Below, piece by piece: positions 9,216 through 19,883 of a stretch of DNA of 56,090 nucleotides. The stretch lies in IMG/VR virus record IMGVR_UViG_3300020045_019291, positions 1 through 56,090 of that record; one strand, written 5' to 3'. The translations under genes were made by a program, and so were the position numbers. Every line of letters begins with the position of its first letter. The stretch's first letter is position 1. This stretch comes from a virus (taxonomy: Duplodnaviria; Caudoviricetes). A model generated the notes under the pieces. That model was not told the origin of the DNA. It saw only the letters and a program-made list of their open reading frames with translations, and did no database searches.

Positions 9216-10571
9216 ATGGCTTTCGATTTAAAAACCAACAACCTTACCGGCGCTGCAGTCATTGACCAACCAGGTGGGGTATTAGCGACAGACGCTAACT
9301 TTATCACCCTTTACGATTACGCAATGCAATACCAACCGGAATTAATTCCAGAGTTGCATTATGCCAACGGAAAAGGAAGTATTACAGGAGTTCTTGCTTT
9401 AATGGCAGGTGAAAAAACCTATGCTTCGGACGTAGTTCAGCATATGGAAATGAACCGTTTGATGAACAAGCTTAAAAACGTAACTGTAGTAGGGGATATT
9501 TTCACTTCTGCAACCGACCACAATTTGAGACCCAACATGGTTATCAAAATTTCGGATGGCGTAAAAGAAGTTCAGGCTTATGTAGAATCAATCACTTCAA
9601 GCAAAATCTTTGTTGCCTTGAATGATAAAGAAGGAGCTTACGGCTTTGCTGGCGCAGTGGATATTGTTGCAGATTTTGCCAACAGATGGGACAAAGGAAC
9701 TAAATCTTTCGTGAAAGGAAGAACCTGGAATCCTAAAAAATTCGAGAATTTTACCCACATCACCAAAGAGCGTTACGACGTGAATGAAAGTGACATGGCA
9801 CACAACATTTGGTTGGACACTCCAGACGGACCAAGATGGTGTAACACGGAATTGGAAAGAACCAATACGTTGTTTGACAATTTAATTGAGTTGACCCAAT
9901 TTTTCCACGAAAGAGCTGCTGATGGATCTGATTCTGCAGTTGCCGGATATGCACAAGGTATGAATGGTGTAATTCCAATCGTAGAGAAATACGGTAACAT
10001 TTCGAACAGCTATATTGATTCATTGGCCGCTTTACAAGCTATTGCCAAAAGAATCAAGTTGCAAACCGATTGTACCGAGTACACTTTCTTCTGTGACCAC
10101 GACCAAATGAATAATTTCAACGCAATTTGCGCTGGCGTGAATGCTGCCTTCTTGAACGGAGCAACTTACGGTTCATTCCCTAATGGAAAAGAAATGGCTT
10201 TGGCCTTGGATTTCGTTTCTATTTTCGTGAGTGGCATCACTTTCCACTTTACTGCCTGGAAATTGCTTAACGACCCTACATTGATGTCAGGCGGCAAGTT
10301 TGATACTACCGGTATCGCTTACTTCGGATTGCCAATGGGTAAACAAACCGTTCTTAATATGGAAGGTGGAAAAGAAAGCAAACCATACTTGTCAATCTAC
10401 AATAGAGTGAAAGGCAACGTGAACAGAAAAAGAAAAGCAACCATTTTCGGACTTGGTGGAACTCCACAAGAAGACGACAAAATGACTATGCTTCTTTTGA
10501 ACGAAAGTACTACACAAGTAGTTGGACCCAACGCTTTCTTCGTAGGAAGAAGAGGAGTTGTTTACGCATAA
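9216..10571 (+). CDS. Major capsid protein
   Basis: 451 aa after scaffold, followed by strong terminator; synteny with Bacteroidota podovirus head modules. Confidence 0.75.
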   Translation: MAFDLKTNNLTGAAVIDQPGGVLATDANFITLYDYAMQYQPELIPELHYANGKGSITGVLALMAGEKTYASDVVQHMEMNRLMNKLKNVTVVGDIFTSATDHNLRPNMVIKISDGVKEVQAYVESITSSKIFVALNDKEGAYGFAGAVDIVADFANRWDKGTKSFVKGRTWNPKKFENFTHITKERYDVNESDMAHNIWLDTPDGPRWCNTELERTNTLFDNLIELTQFFHERAADGSDSAVAGYAQGMNGVIPIVEKYGNISNSYIDSLAALQAIAKRIKLQTDCTEYTFFCDHDQMNNFNAICAGVNAAFLNGATYGSFPNGKEMALALDFVSIFVSGITFHFTAWKLLNDPTLMSGGKFDTTGIAYFGLPMGKQTVLNMEGGKESKPYLSIYNRVKGNVNRKRKATIFGLGGTPQEDDKMTMLLLNESTTQVVGPNAFFVGRRGVVYA

Positions 10572-10581
10572 ACAGTAACCT

Positions 10582-10619
10582 AAAAAGCAGGGAGTTTACA
10601 AAATTCCCTGCTTTTTTTT
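10582..10619 (+). terminator. Intrinsic terminator after MCP
   Basis: AAAAAGCAGGGA-loop-TCCCTGCTTTTTTTT. Confidence 0.85.
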
Positions 10620-10632
10620 AATATTTAACAAA

Positions 10633-11697
10633 ATGGGAAAACAAATTGAATTTAGATTAACAGAAAAAAGAACTCCAGCATCGTGGACATTAAGTGGAGG
10701 GTATGCAGTAAAACCGGGAGTTGGAAGTAAACTAATAAACTATTACCCTGGTTCAGACAGTTATTTTGTAGAAGACCAAAAATCTGACGTGAAAGCAAAA
10801 GAGGTTGAGTTTTTCTACAATGATGTTCTTTCCGATCCAGCTACATCTATATTCGTGGATGAAGACAACAAATGTTTGATTGGCTATTTGAAAGCGCATA
10901 CTTTCTTTAATGCGCATTATTATATCCACAACGAAGACCAATTGGCAGAAAACAAACTGGCAGATTACGACAAAATAGAAAAAGCATTCTCGTTGATCAA
11001 GGAAAATGAAGATTTGAAAGTACAGGCTATGGCTTTGGCTATTTTCAAGGAAGAAGCTTTTGGATGGTCCGCCACCAAATGCAAGGCGGAGTTGAAAGAA
11101 AAAGCGACCCGCAACCCAGACGTGATCATCAACGCCATCGAGTCGGAAAAATATGAAAGCAGATATTTGTCGGCTTTGGCATTTTATGCCGGAATCGTGA
11201 AGGAAGACCAATTGAAAGGTGCCGTTATATGGAATGACGAAGACGCAGGAGTTGTTTTGCGCATCGCCAAAGGAGAAAACGGAATCACGAAATTAGGAGA
11301 ATTGTTGTCCACAGTTTCGGATGAAAGCACTCTTGTATTGCAGGAAATCGGGATTCGATTGAACAAGAACACTCCCGTGGAAAACTTGAAGGTGATTGGA
11401 GCCAACACCGTTACCGGAAAAACCGAAGACCAGATCAAGGAAGAGGCAATTGCCGAATTCAAGGCGAGTCTTGCACCCGTGAAAACGGAAGCGGAAATTC
11501 GCGCCGAGATACTGGCTGAAATGGCGGGTGGAGCACCGGATGTCGTGGTAGTTGACAAAAAAGAAGTAATTGCTTTTGACGCCACAAATTTGGAGCAGGT
11601 TCAGGCAAAGTACAAGGAAGTTACCGGAAAAAATATGCCGGTAAATATGAAGAACAACATTGACTGGCTAAATGCCGAGATTAATAAAGGAATTTAA
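10633..11697 (+). CDS. Hypothetical head-associated protein
   Basis: 354 aa ORF downstream of the MCP; positional inference only. Confidence 0.55.
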   Translation: MGKQIEFRLTEKRTPASWTLSGGYAVKPGVGSKLINYYPGSDSYFVEDQKSDVKAKEVEFFYNDVLSDPATSIFVDEDNKCLIGYLKAHTFFNAHYYIHNEDQLAENKLADYDKIEKAFSLIKENEDLKVQAMALAIFKEEAFGWSATKCKAELKEKATRNPDVIINAIESEKYESRYLSALAFYAGIVKEDQLKGAVIWNDEDAGVVLRIAKGENGITKLGELLSTVSDESTLVLQEIGIRLNKNTPVENLKVIGANTVTGKTEDQIKEEAIAEFKASLAPVKTEAEIRAEILAEMAGGAPDVVVVDKKEVIAFDATNLEQVQAKYKEVTGKNMPVNMKNNIDWLNAEINKGI

Positions 11698-11735
11698 AAA
11701 ACCATTTTCGTTTGGTTCTGACTTTCCCAGTCACG

Positions 11736-11763
11736 AAGAAGCCCCGCACTTGCGGGGCTTCTT
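11736..11763. terminator. Terminator hairpin between convergent genes
   Basis: Perfect 13-bp inverted repeat AAGAAGCCCCGCA/TGCGGGGCTTCTT. Confidence 0.75.
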
Positions 11764-11767
11764 TAGT

Positions 11768-12193
11768 TTAATCTTCATCTTCTTCCGTGAAATCGGAAAG
11801 ATTGAATTTCCAGTTGTTAATAAATCCTTCCGCGTCCACTTTCATAATAATGTAGTCACCGTAACCGCTTTCTTCCGGACACAATGTTGCTGGAACATAT
11901 CCTTCCAAGTGAATTACTTTTTCGTCGTTTTCGTCCAAAAGGTAATAATCGCCGTCATCGCAGACTTTGTAATGAATATCCGCGGTTTTCCCAAGATCCC
12001 AGTTTATAATCTTGCCGGTTTCAATGTCGATAACCGGCAGCCAATCGTCTTCGTCAATGACCCTGCACGGAATCAATTTTCCGTCTACGTCTTCCACTCC
12101 GTCCACGGTTGCGTCTTCCCAATATCTTACTCCGGCCCTTACGTGCAAAGTCTTGATTTCGACTTCCACTTCTTTTTTGATTTTTACTTTCAT
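11768..12193 (-). CDS. Hypothetical acidic phage protein
   Basis: ATG-started ORF with VRYWED, HYKVCD and GYGDYI motifs; part of an inverted block. Confidence 0.7.
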   Translation of the reverse strand: MKVKIKKEVEVEIKTLHVRAGVRYWEDATVDGVEDVDGKLIPCRVIDEDDWLPVIDIETGKIINWDLGKTADIHYKVCDDGDYYLLDENDEKVIHLEGYVPATLCPEESGYGDYIIMKVDAEGFINNWKFNLSDFTEEDED

Positions 12194-12220
12194 TTTATGG
12201 GTTTTATGTATTTATAATAA

Positions 12221-12466
12221 TTATTCTTTTTCCTCGTTGCTTTTGACGATATTTTCTACAATTTTTACCGTGTCATCAACACCTTTTTTGTAGCCTATAT
12301 TTTGATATTGAATGGAATAACAGACTATCGCCAACATTAAAAACAATGTTGCAAACGGTAAATAAGGTTTTTCGAAACTGATGCTGAAAGGCGAGAAATT
12401 GATTTTCGGGCTTCCAGTGTAGGCAATGAATAAAAATGCCAGTAATAAAAAAAATGTTGTTTTCAT
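12221..12466 (-). CDS. Hypothetical membrane protein
   Basis: Two hydrophobic segments; ATG MKTTFF at 12466. Confidence 0.6.
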   Translation of the reverse strand: MKTTFFLLLAFLFIAYTGSPKINFSPFSISFEKPYLPFATLFLMLAIVCYSIQYQNIGYKKGVDDTVKIVENIVKSNEEKE

Positions 12467-12480
12467 AATTATAATTTGTT

Positions 12481-12687
12481 TTAAAATGTTTCTTTTTCCT
12501 TGAACAAAGCACAAGCGGAGTCCTTGCATTTTATTTTCAAGAGTCCGTTGTCGGTTCGGTTGGATTTACGGATCCCGCAATACTGGAACACTTTTGAATT
12601 GCATTGGTGCCTTTCTCGGTGTTCGCAATCATTGCAGGTGCTTGTTGGTTTCGGAATATTTTCTTCTATTTCAAACAGCTTTTCCAT
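12481..12687 (-). CDS. Small Cys-rich hypothetical protein
   Basis: CxxC plus further Cys; ATG MEKLF at 12687. Confidence 0.55.
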   Translation of the reverse strand: MEKLFEIEENIPKPTSTCNDCEHRERHQCNSKVFQYCGIRKSNRTDNGLLKIKCKDSACALFKEKETF

Positions 12688-12943
12688 AGGTTCTGGCTTT
12701 AAATTCCGCAAAGGCTTCCATTTTTGGTTCCAGTTCAGGAATATTCATTTTACTTTCTAAAGTAATTTCTGAAATCAGACAAGTAAAATATAAGATAGTA
12801 TGTATGTAGTCTTCCTGGTACTTGTCAAAGTAATTGAATCGACCTTTCTTTTCTGCCGGTATAATTTCTTCTTTTTTTATTATATCCTGTACTTGCATCC
12901 ACTGTAATCCGCATTCTTTAGCTATTTGGTGCGCAGACTTCAT
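12671..12943 (-). CDS. Hypothetical protein, possible HTH DNA-binding
   Basis: N-terminal SAHQIAKECGL...VQDII resembles an HTH. Confidence 0.55.
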   Translation of the reverse strand: MKSAHQIAKECGLQWMQVQDIIKKEEIIPAEKKGRFNYFDKYQEDYIHTILYFTCLISEITLESKMNIPELEPKMEAFAEFKARTYGKAV

Positions 12944-12946
12944 AAA

Positions 12947-13336
12947 TTATTTATATATTGAATCTATTTTTTTGGGATAATAGTCTTGGTATGTATCTCC
13001 AGAAATATAATCCAAATACTCCTTCATTTTATACAGAAAATCAAGCATAAATTGGGTTTTGTCAGTTCTTGGATCTTCCTTTCTTAATCTTGATATATTT
13101 TCAGAAATATCATAATTCAAAACTTGCGCAGAAAGAGCGCAGGACGATTGGTCGTTCGTTTGTTTAACCATAATTTCTTTTGGCACAACATAAACAATGG
13201 TTTTGCCGTGAAACAATATGGTTTGTCCCGTAACAGGATTGATTTTTATCTTGTTGGCAAAAATCACGTCACCGTTAATCTTATATTTCAACAATGGTCT
13301 TTCGTTGAAAAAGAATTTTTTAAATAGGTTTTTCAT
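12947..13336 (-). CDS. Hypothetical protein
   Basis: ATG ORF tightly packed in the inverted operon. Confidence 0.6.
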   Translation of the reverse strand: MKNLFKKFFFNERPLLKYKINGDVIFANKIKINPVTGQTILFHGKTIVYVVPKEIMVKQTNDQSSCALSAQVLNYDISENISRLRKEDPRTDKTQFMLDFLYKMKEYLDYISGDTYQDYYPKKIDSIYK

Positions 13337-13339
13337 TTG

Positions 13340-13687
13340 TTATTTTTTGAATATCATTTTGCCGTTTATGCCATTCCGGAGAACGAAATATTTGTCGGCG
13401 TACAATTGTTTCAGGATCGGGTTCAGTTCGTCGTGCGACAAGCAGGTTTGGAATGCCATATCCGGAATCGAAGTCCCGCAACTCCCGTTGGAATCGGCGT
13501 GTTTCTTGTCGATTGCTTTTTTTACTTTTTCAGTGTCGTCCATACATAAATTAATGCCGTTGCAACTCCAATTATCAGCACCACTTTGCAAAACCTCGTG
13601 AAAAGTTTGAATACCATATCTACCCGTTCGTCGTCGTAATTCATAGCCAATTGATTTATTGTCAAAAATATAAATAATTAGTATCAA
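13340..13687 (-). CDS. Hypothetical protein (start uncertain; possible winged-helix C-terminus)
   Basis: ORF in the inverted operon; the annotated start overlaps the promoter region so the true start is probably downstream. Confidence 0.45.
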   Translation of the reverse strand: MILIIYIFDNKSIGYELRRRTGRYGIQTFHEVLQSGADNWSCNGINLCMDDTEKVKKAIDKKHADSNGSCGTSIPDMAFQTCLSHDELNPILKQLYADKYFVLRNGINGKMIFKK

Positions 13688-13725
13688 TAGTATATATTAT
13701 TGATACTATTAATTTATTACATTTG
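13663..13725. promoter_or_regulatory. Divergent promoter region
   Basis: Minus-strand TATTTTTG at 13663-13670, motif copy 13667-13692, plus-strand TACATTTG at 13718-13725. Confidence 0.65.
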
Positions 13726-13771
13726 TATTTAATATAGTTTTTAACTATCGTTAGTATAAATTATTAGCACT

Positions 13772-14470
13772 ATGATCGACAGGATATATCAAACAGTGAA
13801 GATGTTGGGCAATTCGGAGGTTCGTGGAAACTTCAAGCCAGCCGATTTCGACAAGGCGGCCTACAACGTGATTCTGGAAAAATTCGAGGAATACCCTTTT
13901 GAATTGAACCGAGCGTTGAACAGGCAAAATCGTGGGCTCGTGGGCAACGGACTGGAAAACCTGCCGGACAACATCATCGAGAAGATGCAGCATTTTTCGA
14001 CCGAGGCCGTCTTGGTTTATGATTCCGGAAGTTTCACCGTTCCGGTAGATGCCAGGGACATTGACGCCGTCATCCATTTGGACAAGAACGAAATAGTCTT
14101 AGCAAAGAACACTTCGCAATTCAACCATATCGCCAATTTCAAACACATTACCCCCACCATCGATTGTCCCATTGGACTTCGGTTGGGAAACAAGATAAAG
14201 GTGCTTCCTTCCTCGATTATTACCAGTGTGAAAATGTACTACCTGCGCAATCCACTAATTCCAAAATGGACTTACGTAGTGATCAACGACGTGGAGATAT
14301 TCAATCCGTCGGCGGGAGATTTTCAGGACATCGACATGCATCCGTCGGAAGAAGACGACATCATTTCTAGAATCTGCATCAAGATGGGAATCAACCTGAA
14401 GGAAAATGATTTGCAAGCAGCGGCAGCGAACAGCGAGGCGCAGGAATTTAACCAACAAAACTCGAACTAA
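13772..14470 (+). CDS. Head-tail adaptor / tail ring protein
   Basis: Size and position at the start of the tail module; YLR.P..PKW.Y motif seen in Bacteroidota podovirus ring proteins. Confidence 0.6.
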   Translation: MIDRIYQTVKMLGNSEVRGNFKPADFDKAAYNVILEKFEEYPFELNRALNRQNRGLVGNGLENLPDNIIEKMQHFSTEAVLVYDSGSFTVPVDARDIDAVIHLDKNEIVLAKNTSQFNHIANFKHITPTIDCPIGLRLGNKIKVLPSSIITSVKMYYLRNPLIPKWTYVVINDVEIFNPSAGDFQDIDMHPSEEDDIISRICIKMGINLKENDLQAAAANSEAQEFNQQNSN

Positions 14471-15324
14471 TGGCAATAGAGACACCAGAAGCATATCACG
14501 GCACGGAATCTTCCCACGGAAGCTACCAGTTTGTGCCGTTGAAAGAGGTTATTGACGGATTGCTCACGGAAGCCAAACTGGATCCGGACAATCAACTGAA
14601 AAACACCAACCGCGCCTTGATTTTGTACCACGCCAAAATGGGCATCAAGGAATTGACCAAATCCACCGCCAAGGCCATCTTGAAAATAGAAATGACCGTT
14701 CCCAACAATTCCTGCATCGTTATGCCGCAGGATTACGTGGATTACGTGAGCATTTCGGCCGTAGTTGTAGACAGCAGCGGAAACAGGAAATTGCAGCTCC
14801 TTGACGTGAATACCAATATCAATACCGCCACGGGTTACCTGCAGGACAACAATGCCCAAATCATTTTTGACAACGAAGAAAACATTGTCACCGCCGACGC
14901 TTCGAATGCCTACAACATTCCGTACCACAAATATGATTTTATTTCCTCATTAGGCGGGAATGCCACGCAGGACACCGCCAAATTGAGTGCCTACGGGGAA
15001 TTCACCGTTGACGAAAACAACGGAAAAATTGTGTTCAGTTCCAATCTTATCGACAAGGAAGTCGTGGTCGTGTATGAATCTGACGGACTGCAATGGGAAT
15101 CCTTTGGAGAAGGCGACATAAAAGTCCACAAATATATCGAGCAAGCCTTGAAGGACTGGACGTATTACGCCTGTATCGAAAAAAGGATAACGGTGCCGGC
15201 CAACGAGAAGCACCGCGCCTTGAACCGATACAAAACCACCAAGCACATTGCCAGAAAAAACAGGGCAGGACTGGATCTTAACGAGATTTCAAGACAAATG
15301 AGAACCAAAACCAAACACTTGTAA
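14470..15324 (+). CDS. Tail tubular/ring protein
   Basis: Translationally coupled; MPQDYVDY and Y.SDG motifs; precedes nozzle-sized gene. Confidence 0.6.
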   Translation: MAIETPEAYHGTESSHGSYQFVPLKEVIDGLLTEAKLDPDNQLKNTNRALILYHAKMGIKELTKSTAKAILKIEMTVPNNSCIVMPQDYVDYVSISAVVVDSSGNRKLQLLDVNTNINTATGYLQDNNAQIIFDNEENIVTADASNAYNIPYHKYDFISSLGGNATQDTAKLSAYGEFTVDENNGKIVFSSNLIDKEVVVVYESDGLQWESFGEGDIKVHKYIEQALKDWTYYACIEKRITVPANEKHRALNRYKTTKHIARKNRAGLDLNEISRQMRTKTKHL

Positions 15325-18300
15325 TGGGAAATTATAGAAGAACGTTTCTTGGAGGAAAAATGAACAAGGACCTTGACGAGAGGGTTATTCCTGACGGGGA
15401 ATACCGTCACGCCGAAAACATAGAAATATCCAATTCGGAAGGGTCGGAAGTGGGTTCCGTGCAGAACAGTTTTTCCAACAAAAAAATGACTTCGTTGTCC
15501 TTGGGATCGTTTCCGAACACCTTGGGAAAATACGAATGCGAAACCAGGGACAAGCTCTACTGGTTCGTTAAATCGAACAGCGGTTGCTACTTGATGGAAT
15601 GGGACAACAACAGCCATTCCGTTTCCTACGTGTTGAAAGACACGCGTGTTGGAGAGGCAAGGGTCTTGAATTTGAGCGACACCCACCTGATTACCGGAAT
15701 AGACAAAATCGTCAACGACAACGTGGAAGAAGACATCCTGGTGTGGACGGACAACAATATGGAAATATGTTCCATCAACATCGAACGCGCCAAAAGATAC
15801 GGAGCGAACGGTTTCGATATCGAGGACATCACCTTGATCAAAAAGCCGCCCCGTTTTGCGCCAAAAGCCACCTTGATCTACAACGGCAAGGAAGGCAACA
15901 ACATCGAGGAAAAATTCTTGTTGTTCGCTTACCGTTACCAATATCTGGACAACGAATGGAGCGCGCTTTCGAGCTTCACCAATTACCAGTTCAAGCCAAA
16001 ACCATACAAGATTGACTATTACACCTTGGACAACCTTGGAATGGTCAACGCCTACAATGCCGTGAACATCGGTTTTGACAGCGGCGACAAAAGAGTGAAG
16101 GCGGTACAGATCATCACCAAGGAAAGTAATTCGAATGCCTTGTACATCATCGAGACTTTTGACAAGGACAAGGAAGGATGGAGCGACAATTCTATACAGA
16201 ATTTGCAGTTTTCGAACAACAAAGTATATCGACAATTGCCTTCTTCCGAATTGGGAAGGACATTCGACAATGTTCCCAGAAAAGCCAAGGCATTGACGTT
16301 AATCGACAACAGGCTTGTCGTGGGAAATTACCTTGAAGGCTATAATATTTGCGACTCCAACGGCAAAAAAATAAAACTGGACTACAATGTGTCTTTGAAA
16401 TCTATTCCGTTGAACGACGGCAGTTTTTTTATGAGCGCGATGACACAAGTTTCCGGAAACAATACGGTGACTATTTCAAATTATACCGATCCCGAATTGA
16501 CTTTGTTATTAAAAAAAGGGCACCAGATCACGTTTAGTTTCACAATAGTAAAAACAGCACCAAGCCTTAACACGCTTGTATATGAAGGGAGTTTTCAATA
16601 TGAATTGGATCAGGATTTCACCAACCTTCAGGAGTTATTTTTGCTTCCTGCCTTCGTTTCTTTTACGAATATCATCATCAATGATTTTGCATTGAATTAT
16701 CAGGATCATTTGGCTGCGGGAGAAACCGTGGTGACACCTCCGGCATTGAGCATCTTCACAACGGGACTTAATACGGTTGGCTTCAGCGTGACGCCTTTGA
16801 TCCATACCACGGATCCTGTTACCGTTGACGTGTCGCAGTATTTGTTTTTCCAGTCTTCGACCTATGTTTCCATAATAAGCACCTCGTCTTCCGCTTCCTG
16901 CAAATCCAACAGGGATTACGAGGTGGGAATTGAATATTATGATACCGTGAGCCGCGAAACGGTGACTCTTACCTGCCCCAACAATTCGATTTACATTCCG
17001 AATGAAATGTCGGAATACAAAAACACATTGAGCGTAGAGATCAACAATATACCGCCTTATTTTGCAGACCGGTTTAAATTGGTGGTAAAAACACCTTTTC
17101 TTTCTTTTTACACGATAATAGTCAATAATTTTTATATTGAAGGGGCTTTTGTTTGGGTAAAACTAGAAGGCTCCAATATAGACAAGGTTCACGTGGGGGA
17201 ATATCTGATACTGAAATCGGCTTTGGGAGATATCAAGAACACCATCATCAAGACCAAGATATTAGAAATTGGACAAAAAGCAAAAGACTTTATTTCCACA
17301 ACCGACATAGAGGAACCGGAAGGTGTTTATATGAAGATACGGCCCAATGAATTTGCAATGAAACAGGCAGACAACAAACTGTACCCGAGTTCAGCCATTG
17401 CCAGCAAGCTTACTTTAGATTTTCCAGTTGTATATTTAGATTTGCACACTGTTTACAATGCCACCACTTTATTAAACGAGAAACAAAAACTATCTCCTGG
17501 AAATCAAATATCCTTTAAATTTTTGAGCAAGCGAAACAGGTCAGACGGCTGGTCGAACCTGTTATTTGAGCGTACTTATTCCATTCTAAGAGATTACAAT
17601 AACGTGGGAGAATGGTTTAATGAAGTTATTGGCGCCAATGCGCTAAAAGGAGAAAATGACTGTGATTACGGTGGAAACGTTTCCGTCGTGGTAGGATCGG
17701 TTGTCGATTCCGTAAGCGGCACGACGCCTTACCAATCTTTTACGGCAGATCCGCTTGGAAAAGAATACTTGAAAGTTATTGGACTAGAACACGGAAACAA
17801 CGCCTTGTTAAAACAACTTTCCGGATATATAGATGCCACCGTGACAATACGCATCACCACGGGAGACTACATTTTCGAAACAGAACCCAAGAAGGATATC
17901 GAACAAAACTTGTTTTACAAGACCGAACAAACTTTTGAAGTTATCGACGGAAACCATCATGGCAATACGCAAAACCAAAATGGAATCGCTGTTCCCTGCA
18001 TAATAGATCTGGATTATTTCAACTGTTTTGCCCAAGGCAACGGCGTGGAAAGTTATCAAGTGAAAGACGCTTTCAACAAGCCGTATCTAAACATTGACAA
18101 TAGACCAACTTCTACCATTACAGAAGAATACAAGGAAGTGAGAAGGCTTTCTGATTTGACTTATGCCGAAACTTACGTGGAAAGCACCAACCGAAATGGA
18201 CTGAATGAATTCAACCAGTCAAGGGGAAACATCAAGGAGCTGGACAAAGGCTTTGGAGAAATCACCAAACTTGTGAGCCGTGACAACAACATTGTTGTTT

Positions 18301-19871
18301 TTCAATCAGAGAAATTATCGCAAGTCTTGTATGAAAAGGACGAGATTAGAAATGCGGACGGAACCTTCAGTTTAGTTGCCATAGACAACATATTGGGAAG
18401 ACAGATTCCGTATATGGGACAAAACGGCTGCCAGAATCCGGAAAGCATCGCCGTACTGGACAGGCAAATTTATTATGCCAATACCGGCAACGGCATTTTC
18501 CAACGATTGTCCACCGACGGTGTTGATACTATCGTAGGCGGTATGACCAGCTATTTCAGAAACCTGTTTATCGAAAGACCCAATGCCAGGGTATTGGGAG
18601 GAATAGACCCTTATTTTAGCAAATACGTAACTTCAGTGGACGATGAACCAGTTACCGTGTTGGAATTGCAATGTGGAAATATTATTTCGAAACACGCCAT
18701 CACCATTCCTTTTACCTATCATTTCAAGATAAACGAACTTTTGGGCAACATTGTGCTAGATTACAACATTACGGAAGGAAATGCCACCATACAGGCCTTA
18801 TTTGGCGAAGCAGTCACGGTAGTTTCCAACGTGACGGGAACAGGCGGCCTGATTATTCCAAGAGCGACCTTGGACGAAAACATTGTCGCCGTTACCATTA
18901 CTCCAGTGGGAGGAAATGCCAGTTACGAAATAGCCAACAACTGTCCTACCGGAACGCCGTTGAAGGTAGTTTCAATAGTTCTGGGAGATTCATTGGACGC
19001 CGGCACATCAATAACCAATCGTTTCAAATGGGGAGTCACTCCATATTACGAAACCTTGGACACTTTTACGGAAACTCCGTTGACCCGATTTTTGGAAGAA
19101 ACAGGCGTGGAAGGACAGGGCAAGTTTCCGTTGCGCGGCAGCAGCATAAACCTTCAGTCTTACAGCAGTGCTGGACAAGAGGGGGAATTTAGCATCGACA
19201 AATCCAACCGTCTGGGTTATTTGATTTCGGAAACAGTGTACACAGATACCGATGTCACCACTATTTTATCCTTGGCCACTTTTCCTGCAGTTACGGAAAG
19301 CGTGGAGAACATCAGCAACGTCGTGAACCAAGCCAGTTTTGCTTTTGCCAAAACTACCAATGCCCAGATATTGTACTTGATTTGGGATTACACGGACAGG
19401 AGCATCACGTTAATTGACGACAGTTTCACGGTCAACAATGCAGGTGTTTATATTGCCAACGTCTTGTTTAACGACACCTTTATCGGGACTCCGACAGTTA
19501 CCATAGCCACGCCGCCAATTCACGGAACGGCAACGGTAAATGTTGACAAAACCATTACCTACACGCACGACGGAACAGCAACGCTGGCCGATTCTTACGT
19601 GTACCAAGTGAGCAACGGATTTGACGTTAAAACAGCAACGGTAACAATCACGGTTAATGCCGCTGGTACACCTCCTGAAACAACTTATTCTTTTTATTAT
19701 GAAGGATTTTATGAAGAAGGAGACGAGATACATCCTGATGGAGGAACAATCGTATATCTTGATGCCGACGGATTAACCCAATATTCTTATTTGTTATGGA
19801 CTGGAGAATGCAGGTTGATAACGGCACAATCTATTATTTCGCACGTTGGAGCAGGAACTTGTACTCCTTAA
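15324..19871 (+). CDS. Tail stabilisation (nozzle/muzzle) protein with C-terminal Ig/cadherin-like extension
   Basis: N-terminal F..GKMNKDLDER..P.GEYR.A.N motif, FAYRY, NRLVVGNY.EGY, GNGVES; C-terminal ND...P.HGT...TYT...DSY.Y.V repeat-type domain. Confidence 0.75.
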   Translation: MGNYRRTFLGGKMNKDLDERVIPDGEYRHAENIEISNSEGSEVGSVQNSFSNKKMTSLSLGSFPNTLGKYECETRDKLYWFVKSNSGCYLMEWDNNSHSVSYVLKDTRVGEARVLNLSDTHLITGIDKIVNDNVEEDILVWTDNNMEICSINIERAKRYGANGFDIEDITLIKKPPRFAPKATLIYNGKEGNNIEEKFLLFAYRYQYLDNEWSALSSFTNYQFKPKPYKIDYYTLDNLGMVNAYNAVNIGFDSGDKRVKAVQIITKESNSNALYIIETFDKDKEGWSDNSIQNLQFSNNKVYRQLPSSELGRTFDNVPRKAKALTLIDNRLVVGNYLEGYNICDSNGKKIKLDYNVSLKSIPLNDGSFFMSAMTQVSGNNTVTISNYTDPELTLLLKKGHQITFSFTIVKTAPSLNTLVYEGSFQYELDQDFTNLQELFLLPAFVSFTNIIINDFALNYQDHLAAGETVVTPPALSIFTTGLNTVGFSVTPLIHTTDPVTVDVSQYLFFQSSTYVSIISTSSSASCKSNRDYEVGIEYYDTVSRETVTLTCPNNSIYIPNEMSEYKNTLSVEINNIPPYFADRFKLVVKTPFLSFYTIIVNNFYIEGAFVWVKLEGSNIDKVHVGEYLILKSALGDIKNTIIKTKILEIGQKAKDFISTTDIEEPEGVYMKIRPNEFAMKQADNKLYPSSAIASKLTLDFPVVYLDLHTVYNATTLLNEKQKLSPGNQISFKFLSKRNRSDGWSNLLFERTYSILRDYNNVGEWFNEVIGANALKGENDCDYGGNVSVVVGSVVDSVSGTTPYQSFTADPLGKEYLKVIGLEHGNNALLKQLSGYIDATVTIRITTGDYIFETEPKKDIEQNLFYKTEQTFEVIDGNHHGNTQNQNGIAVPCIIDLDYFNCFAQGNGVESYQVKDAFNKPYLNIDNRPTSTITEEYKEVRRLSDLTYAETYVESTNRNGLNEFNQSRGNIKELDKGFGEITKLVSRDNNIVVFQSEKLSQVLYEKDEIRNADGTFSLVAIDNILGRQIPYMGQNGCQNPESIAVLDRQIYYANTGNGIFQRLSTDGVDTIVGGMTSYFRNLFIERPNARVLGGIDPYFSKYVTSVDDEPVTVLELQCGNIISKHAITIPFTYHFKINELLGNIVLDYNITEGNATIQALFGEAVTVVSNVTGTGGLIIPRATLDENIVAVTITPVGGNASYEIANNCPTGTPLKVVSIVLGDSLDAGTSITNRFKWGVTPYYETLDTFTETPLTRFLEETGVEGQGKFPLRGSSINLQSYSSAGQEGEFSIDKSNRLGYLISETVYTDTDVTTILSLATFPAVTESVENISNVVNQASFAFAKTTNAQILYLIWDYTDRSITLIDDSFTVNNAGVYIANVLFNDTFIGTPTVTIATPPIHGTATVNVDKTITYTHDGTATLADSYVYQVSNGFDVKTATVTITVNAAGTPPETTYSFYYEGFYEEGDEIHPDGGTIVYLDADGLTQYSYLLWTGECRLITAQSIISHVGAGTCTP

Positions 19872-19883
19872 TCACTTAAAAAA

